From positions 1,760,001 to 1,824,000 of the forward strand of contig CAWCDG010000004.1 of the NCBI GenBank assembly GCA_963794325.1: 64,000 nucleotides of DNA, written 5' to 3'. The stretch's first letter is position 1. The number at the start of each line of letters is the position of its first letter. A program made the translations under genes and the position numbers. The DNA is from an uncultured delta proteobacterium. GTDB taxonomy: Bacteria > Desulfobacterota > Binatia > Binatales > Binataceae. Below are positions 58,450 through 64,000 of the stretch, piece by piece. A model generated the notes under the pieces. It saw nothing but the letters and a program-made list of their open reading frames with translations, had not been told where the DNA came from and did not search any database.

Positions 58450-58482
58450 AAGTACCTAGATTCATAGGAATAAGTACCTAGA
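58450..58482. promoter_or_regulatory. Direct-repeat regulator site upstream of the kinase
   Basis: AAGTACCTAGA at 58450-60 and 58472-82 (22-bp period); CTAGGT at 58435-40. Confidence 0.5.
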
Positions 58483-58558
58483 AGGCGGTGAAAGAGTTCG
58501 TAGGGAAATGCGCAAGATACTGCGATGTTTCAAACGAGAAGGATTCGGAGCGGAACCG

Positions 58559-59482
58559 TCAGGCTGCGGAGAGGATTTCGCGGGCTTTTTTCAGGTCTTC
58601 GGCGATTTGCGCGGTTAGCGATTCGGCGTTGGCGAATTTCTTTTCAGCGCGGATTCGTTCTACCAGTTCCAGTTTGACGCGCTTGCCGTAGATGTCGCCG
58701 GTGAAGTCGAAGATGTGGGCTTCGATCGAGCGGGCGCTCTCGGAAAATGTCGGGCGCATCCCGATGTTGGTGATCGATGGATGCGCGCCGTCGTCGAGGA
58801 TGACGCGGGTGGCGTAAACGCCGTCGGGCGGGATGCATTCGGTTTCGCTGGCGATGTTCGCGGTGGGGAAGCCGATCGTCCGTCCGCGCTCGCGTCCACG
58901 CACGACCGGCCCGGCGAGGAAATGGTAACGGCCCAGGAGCCTCGCCGCGCGATGCATGTCGCCGGTGGTTATTGCTTCGCGCACTTTGGTCGAGCTGACT
59001 TCGATGCCGTCGACTTTCACCGGCCCGACTACGTCGGTGTCGAAGCCCAGTTCGCGCCCAAGTTCGACCATCACGGCGGAAGTGCCAGCGCGATTGTGTC
59101 CAAACCTGAAATTTTGCCCGACGACGACTTCGCGCACTCCGATTTTCCCGCTCATGTAGTCGCGCACGAAATCGCGCGGCGAGAGGAGGCTCAGGTCGAG
59201 CGTGAAGTTGATCACGATTACGCCGTCGATGCCGGACAGCCGCAGCAGTTCGAGCTTGTCATCTGGCGTGAGGATCAACTTGGGAGCGCGGGCCGGAACC
59301 AGCAGCTTGGAGGGCAGCGGATCGAAGGTCAGCGCGAACGCGGTGCCGCCGGCCGCGCGAGCGCGATCGATCGCCGCCTTGAGTATCGCGCGATGCCCGA
59401 GATGGACGCCGTCGAAATTTCCGATCGCGGTGACCGGGTACGGATGCCGTTCGAGCGCGTCGAGGTCGCGAATTATTTCCAT
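58559..59482 (-). CDS. ribF: Bifunctional riboflavin kinase/FAD synthetase
   Basis: IGNFDGVHLGH, FRFG, VSST, GRTIGFPTAN, NIGMRPTF, IEAHIFDF. Confidence 0.96.
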   Translation of the reverse strand: MEIIRDLDALERHPYPVTAIGNFDGVHLGHRAILKAAIDRARAAGGTAFALTFDPLPSKLLVPARAPKLILTPDDKLELLRLSGIDGVIVINFTLDLSLLSPRDFVRDYMSGKIGVREVVVGQNFRFGHNRAGTSAVMVELGRELGFDTDVVGPVKVDGIEVSSTKVREAITTGDMHRAARLLGRYHFLAGPVVRGRERGRTIGFPTANIASETECIPPDGVYATRVILDDGAHPSITNIGMRPTFSESARSIEAHIFDFTGDIYGKRVKLELVERIRAEKKFANAESLTAQIAEDLKKAREILSAA

Positions 59483-59504
59483 TCAGTCTTGCGCAAGGGC
59501 CGCC

Positions 59505-60359
59505 TTAATCGCTCGCGAGATCTTTCATCATCGTGTCCGCGGACGCCGCCTGCGGCGTGCCGGCGTGATCGTTAACCAGCTTTTGCAGGGTCAGGCGCGC
59601 GTCGATTCGATCGTTGAGTTTCACGAATGCCTGCGCCTCACGCAGCAACGCGGCGCTCGCATACTTGCCCTTGGGAAAGCGCATCACGAGATCGTTGAAC
59701 TGTAAAATCGCCTGGTCATAGGCGCCGTTTTCGAACAGCGCATTCGCGGCGAAATATTCGGCGGGCTCGCTCAGCGGCGACTTCGGGTACGCATGCTGGA
59801 GCTTGGTGAACCTCGCCACTGCGAGCGGATACTTGGCGGCCTTCATCGCATCGAGGCCTTCGCGATAAATCTTGATGCCCGGTTCGTTCGACGTCGCAGC
59901 ATCGGCGATTTCCTGATCGAGCTCGGCTGGCCAGGTCGGCGCGATCTCCGCGGGAGTTGCAGGCGGAGCGGTCACCCCTGATGGCGGTGCTGACGCCACT
60001 CCCGTTCCGGGGCCGACGCTGTCCGCCGGTGCGCCGGGCGGTGGCACCGCGCCGGGAGTCGCTGCCATGCCGGCTTGCAGCGCTTTTACCTCCGCCTCGA
60101 GGCTCGCAACGCGATCGTTCACCCCTGACGCGTTGCCTCCCGCGGTGCCTGCGCCGTGCTGGAGTTCCTCGATCTGATCGTTCTGCCGTGCGACCTGCGC
60201 CTTGAGCGCGTCGATCTGCTGGTGGTCGGCGGCGATCATCCCGCGCAGCGTGAACTCATTTTTGTTGAGCTGCTCCATGCCGCTTTGATCGGCGCATCCG
60301 GCCAGCGCGAATGCCGCAAGGACGGCGACGGCGCCGATCGTCAGGTTGGTTTTTCGCAC
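59505..60359 (-). CDS. cpoB: Tol-Pal TPR lipoprotein CpoB/YbgF
   Basis: Lipobox, coiled coil, TPRs (YPKS..A.Y, FPKGK..AALL); follows pal. Confidence 0.85.
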   Translation of the reverse strand: MRKTNLTIGAVAVLAAFALAGCADQSGMEQLNKNEFTLRGMIAADHQQIDALKAQVARQNDQIEELQHGAGTAGGNASGVNDRVASLEAEVKALQAGMAATPGAVPPPGAPADSVGPGTGVASAPPSGVTAPPATPAEIAPTWPAELDQEIADAATSNEPGIKIYREGLDAMKAAKYPLAVARFTKLQHAYPKSPLSEPAEYFAANALFENGAYDQAILQFNDLVMRFPKGKYASAALLREAQAFVKLNDRIDARLTLQKLVNDHAGTPQAASADTMMKDLASD

Positions 60360-60370
60360 TCGTCTAATCC

Positions 60371-60910
60371 TTATTGGCTCGCCATTTTGCTGACCGTAAA
60401 GTGATCGCGCCGGTTCTGCGACCAGCAGCTTTCGTCGTGATCAGTGCAGACCGGAAGCTCCTTGCCGTAGCTGATCGTCGACATTCTGGTCTCGCTGATT
60501 CCGAGCGTTGCCAGGTAATCCTTGCCGGCCTGCGCGCGCTTGGCGCCCAGCGCGATATTGTATTCCTCCGATCCGCGCTCGTCGCAATAACCCTCGACCT
60601 GGACCCTGGTCTGCGGATGCGCTTGCAGCCAGCTCGCGTTGGACTTCAGCACACTGCCGTCCTGGTCCTGGATCGTCGAATCGTTGTACCCGAAATGAAT
60701 GTCGCTGAGCGGACCGCCTATATGGCCGCCATGCCCGAAGTCGTCTTCCGGATTACCGCCGCCGGCGCCTGTGGGGGTTTCACCGATTTGATTTGCGCCG
60801 GGATTTTCTGCGCCGATTGGCGCAGGCTTCTTCGAGCATCCCGCCATCATCAGCACCGCCCAGACACTCGCAAACGCGATCGTTTTGGCCAATGTCGAAT
60901 TACTATTCAC
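60371..60910 (-). CDS. pal: Peptidoglycan-associated lipoprotein
   Basis: AGCSKK lipobox, IHFGYNDS, EGYCDERGSEEYNIALGAKRA, SYGKE, NRR. Confidence 0.93.
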   Translation of the reverse strand: MNSNSTLAKTIAFASVWAVLMMAGCSKKPAPIGAENPGANQIGETPTGAGGGNPEDDFGHGGHIGGPLSDIHFGYNDSTIQDQDGSVLKSNASWLQAHPQTRVQVEGYCDERGSEEYNIALGAKRAQAGKDYLATLGISETRMSTISYGKELPVCTDHDESCWSQNRRDHFTVSKMASQ

Positions 60911-62237
60911 CCAACCACCCCGACCATGCTGGACAGGAATCATTGCCATTACCCTCCGTCAAAGCGGAAATAATTTTCCGGTTAGCAACCAACACTATAT
61001 AGATTCGCGAGTTGTGCGCGCGCGTCGAGCTGAACGCGAGGTAGCGTCCGTCGGGCGACCAGCTCGGGTATTCGTTGGAGCCGTTGCCATCGGTCACTTG
61101 CGTCGGATCGCCGCCGCCGGTGGGAATCGTCCAGATGTCGAAGCGGCCGCTCTCGCGCCTCTGGTACGCGAGCTTGTCGCCCTTGGGCGAGAACGCGGGC
61201 GTCGTATTGTAATCGCCGCTGTAGGTGATGCGCTTGGGCGAGCCGCCCGACAAACTCATCACGTAGATTTGCGGCGTCCCCGAGCGATCCGAGGTAAACG
61301 CCATCTTCGCACCGTCCGGTGAAATCGCGGGACTCACGTTGATTCCTGACGTATCGGTGAGCTGGCGGATTTCGCCGCCGTCGCGCGTGAGCAGAAACAG
61401 ATTGGTGATTCCGTTGCGCTCGATGGCTGCGACGATTTGCTCGCCGTCGGGCGAGAGCGTCCCGCCGATCACGCGGCCGTGCGGGCTGGTGATCCTCATT
61501 TCGGTCCGTCCCTTGAGGTCCACCAGGTAAAGCGCGGGCTCCATGCTTTTGTACGAGAGGTACAGCACATGGCTGGTGCTTCGGTCGAAACTCGGGAACA
61601 GATTGATGGTCGGATTGCTGGTCAACTTGACCAAATCCTGGCCGTCGACCGACTGCATAAAAATTTCCTTGAAGCGCCCACCGCCGGTCGAGACGAACGC
61701 GAGGTTGGAATCGAACGGACCCTTCTGCCCGGTCGCAGCCTCAAGGATCGCATCGGCGAATTTCCGTGCCATCCGCGGAACCTCGCCGGCGTCGTTGTCG
61801 CTGTAAGTCTTACCCATCATCCGCCGCTGCTGCGCGACGTCGTAAAGGTAAGCGGTCAATTTTACGCCGCCGCCACTCGCATTGACGGAGCCCTTCACCA
61901 GAAAGTCGGCGTTGATCGATCGCCAGTCGGCGAAATTGAACTGCCCCAGCTCGAAGCCCGACGATTGCGGATCCTCGATGTATGCGTGCGGATCGAGCAG
62001 CCGGAAATATCCCGAGAGCTCGAGGTCGCGGCGCAGCGTGCCGACGAACGCGTTGGCGATGCGATGGTCGTCGTCGCCGCCGAGGTTCTTCAGTCCCGAC
62101 ACCGCGATCGGCGAGAGCTGTCCGCCCGGGCCCGTAATATTAATTACAATGGGCGCCGCATCGGCGGCAGACTGTGCCAGCGCCAGCGCGAAGACGATCG
62201 CGCAGATGAGCGCAGAAGCGCGAATTGCCTGCTTCAT
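60903..62237 (-). CDS. tolB: Tol-Pal beta-propeller protein
   Basis: DLELSGYF, PD40 repeats (P.xSPDG), FTSDRSGTPQIY. Confidence 0.93.
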   Translation of the reverse strand: MKQAIRASALICAIVFALALAQSAADAAPIVINITGPGGQLSPIAVSGLKNLGGDDDHRIANAFVGTLRRDLELSGYFRLLDPHAYIEDPQSSGFELGQFNFADWRSINADFLVKGSVNASGGGVKLTAYLYDVAQQRRMMGKTYSDNDAGEVPRMARKFADAILEAATGQKGPFDSNLAFVSTGGGRFKEIFMQSVDGQDLVKLTSNPTINLFPSFDRSTSHVLYLSYKSMEPALYLVDLKGRTEMRITSPHGRVIGGTLSPDGEQIVAAIERNGITNLFLLTRDGGEIRQLTDTSGINVSPAISPDGAKMAFTSDRSGTPQIYVMSLSGGSPKRITYSGDYNTTPAFSPKGDKLAYQRRESGRFDIWTIPTGGGDPTQVTDGNGSNEYPSWSPDGRYLAFSSTRAHNSRIYIVLVANRKIISALTEGNGNDSCPAWSGWLGE

Positions 62238-62314
62238 ACGCTCAGGGCCGGCTCCGAGATTGGGAAATAGGCAGCCAAAAAGATCATCCGCACCTCCTGC
62301 AACATGCCCATCTT

Positions 62315-63439
62315 TCAGGACTTGAGTTCGCCGAGTTGGAACCTGGCTTCGATTCCGGAAGAAAACTCATCACGAAATTTTTCCGGCGGCGCGGGAAATG
62401 GCGCCGCTCGCCGAATCGCGCGGAGCACCGAGTCGTCGAACGCCGAGTCGTTCGAACTCGTGCCGATTTTCAATCCGGTCAGCGTACCGTCAGCACCGAT
62501 CGCAAAATTTACCGTCGCGGTGAGATCGTTCGAGCCGCCGGTAAACGTCCACGCTTTTTTTATCTGATCCTGCACGGTCTTATAGTACAGCAGAAATTCG
62601 GGGTCCTTAAGAATACCAGCGCTACCGTCTCCAGAGCCGATTCCGTAGCCTTTTCCTTCACTCGGCGGGATATTTGCGACGACCGGTCCGCCGCCCGCCG
62701 GGCCTTTGTCGGTCGTGTCGGGCATGTCGGGGTCGTCGTCTCCGTCGTCAGGCGGATTCGCCGCCAGGTCTTTAATATGCTGCGCGAGCAATTGTTGCCG
62801 CAGTTTCTGCATCCGCGCCGCGACGCTGGGCGTTGACGCGACTTTTGCCACGGTCGAGCCGGCCTTCGGCCGAATGCGGGTCCGGTCGGGCGTGGGCTGA
62901 GGCGTAGGGTGTTTTTTCGGCTGCTTGGTAGGCTCGGGCGTCGGTGCGATAGTTGGTTCTTCAGTAGCTTCGATATTTGGTTCCAGCGATGGGCCGGGCT
63001 CGACAGTCGGCTCGGGCGTCGGTTCTACAGTCGGCGCTATAGTTGGCGCGGGCGTCGGTGTCGGTGTTTCAGTCGGCACCTCGGTCGGCTTCGCATTTAT
63101 TTTGAGCGCGTTTGGATCTTCATTGAGCGCGAGTTTTTCCGGCTTCGGCGGCTCGGTCTTGACCTTTGATTCCTCAGGCTTCGGCGCCGAGGGCTTCGAC
63201 TCTTCCGCACGATGCCGGTTGATCCGCGGGAGATGCGTGCCCAGGTCGCCGGCTGGAATGTTATCCACGATCTTTACGGTGTATGAGGGCGGTGCGGCTT
63301 CCTCAGGATGCAAGTATCGCGGCGCAATGAAGAACACGAAAAGGAAAATTGCCGCATGCCCGATCGCAGAGACAAAAATCGCCGCGAAGTATCCGAGGCG
63401 CGACGGATTCTCGTCGCCATTATGGTCCGGTGATGCCAC
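62315..63439 (-). CDS. tolA: TolA/TonB-family protein
   Basis: TM helix with SAIGH, Pro/Thr-rich linker, C-domain SS.DSAFD.SVLRAI..AAPFP.PP. Confidence 0.82.
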   Translation of the reverse strand: MASPDHNGDENPSRLGYFAAIFVSAIGHAAIFLFVFFIAPRYLHPEEAAPPSYTVKIVDNIPAGDLGTHLPRINRHRAEESKPSAPKPEESKVKTEPPKPEKLALNEDPNALKINAKPTEVPTETPTPTPAPTIAPTVEPTPEPTVEPGPSLEPNIEATEEPTIAPTPEPTKQPKKHPTPQPTPDRTRIRPKAGSTVAKVASTPSVAARMQKLRQQLLAQHIKDLAANPPDDGDDDPDMPDTTDKGPAGGGPVVANIPPSEGKGYGIGSGDGSAGILKDPEFLLYYKTVQDQIKKAWTFTGGSNDLTATVNFAIGADGTLTGLKIGTSSNDSAFDDSVLRAIRRAAPFPAPPEKFRDEFSSGIEARFQLGELKS

Positions 63440-63448
63440 GCTCAGCGC

Positions 63449-63892
63449 TCACTTCGCGCCGCCGGTGCTGCCGCCGGTGTCGCCGCTCGGCATCTCCGTC
63501 ACCATCCCGACGTTTTCGATTCCCGCCGCCTTGATCGCCGCCATCGTGCGAATCACCTGGCCGTACGGCACCTGGTCGTCGGCGCGGATAAAGACCTCGC
63601 GGTCAGGACGCTCATTGCCAATCGCCTTGAGCTTGGTCGTCAAATCATCGGCTGAGAGCTTCGCGTCGTTGAGATAGATCTGGCTGTCTTTCGTGATCGA
63701 TACGACGAACTGTTCTTCCTTGCCGGGCAGCGCTTCTGCCTTGACGCTTGGCAATGTGACCTCGACGCCCTGCTGGATGATCGGCGCCGTCACCATGAAG
63801 ATGACCAGCAACACGAGCATCACGTCCACCAGCGGCGTGACGTTGATCTGCGAAACCATTTGCCCGCGCCCCGATCCTGAATCCATTGCCAT
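63449..63892 (-). CDS. tolR: TolR
   Basis: INVTPLVDVMLVLLVIFMVTAP, IRAD.VPYG. Confidence 0.93.
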   Translation of the reverse strand: MAMDSGSGRGQMVSQINVTPLVDVMLVLLVIFMVTAPIIQQGVEVTLPSVKAEALPGKEEQFVVSITKDSQIYLNDAKLSADDLTTKLKAIGNERPDREVFIRADDQVPYGQVIRTMAAIKAAGIENVGMVTEMPSGDTGGSTGGAK

Positions 63893-63909
63893 CGGAATTG
63901 CCGTCCTGT

Positions 63910-64000
63910 TTAGGAAAGGAAATGACGCTCGGCGATATTCAAAAATTCGGAAGTGAAGTTGTCCATCTCGGTCGCGAGCACTCGTATCCGCGCGGTGAAG
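63910..64000 (-). CDS. tolQ: TolQ, 3' end (partial)
   Basis: Hand translation FTARIRVLATEMDNFTSEFLNIAERHFLS*, directly upstream of tolR. Confidence 0.82.
   Translation of the reverse strand, partial: FTARIRVLATEMDNFTSEFLNIAERHFLS

Noticed and set aside
62880-63100. Tandem repeat-like DNA in tolA
   Set aside because: It encodes the expected Pro/Thr/Glu-rich periplasmic linker.

Overview
GC-rich bacterial chromosomal window. Gene content (Tol-Pal, ppdK, alpha2-type GlyRS, several CaiB/BaiF transferases, a stand-alone HTH_17) suggests a soil deltaproteobacteria-like lineage such as Ca. Binatota; this placement is inference only. The backbone is housekeeping: comM, ileS-lspA, aroCKB, priA-def-fmt-rsmB, rpe, tRNA-Pro, plsY, glnB, glyQS, ppdK, thiL, larB, lexA, ribF and tolQRAB-pal-cpoB, mixed with lipid/CoA metabolism genes. 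About nine single-base frameshifts, one in essential ileS, point to an unpolished long-read assembly. No transposase, integrase or CRISPR array was seen, but at least four families of short palindromic REP/MITE-like repeats are present. Main observations: (1) a structured ~117-nt leader (RBS-sequestering hairpin plus a possible pseudoknot) before a gene fusing a small helical domain to a lone Lon N-terminal domain; (2) a LuxE-LuxC-class III aminotransferase operon without luxABD, a candidate acid-to-aldehyde-to-amine pathway; (3) a REP-like palindrome inserted twice in frame in the LuxC-like gene; (4) a three-domain secreted protein gene bracketed by ~108-bp inverted repeats; (5) fmt with no canonical start upstream of its conserved N-terminal strand.
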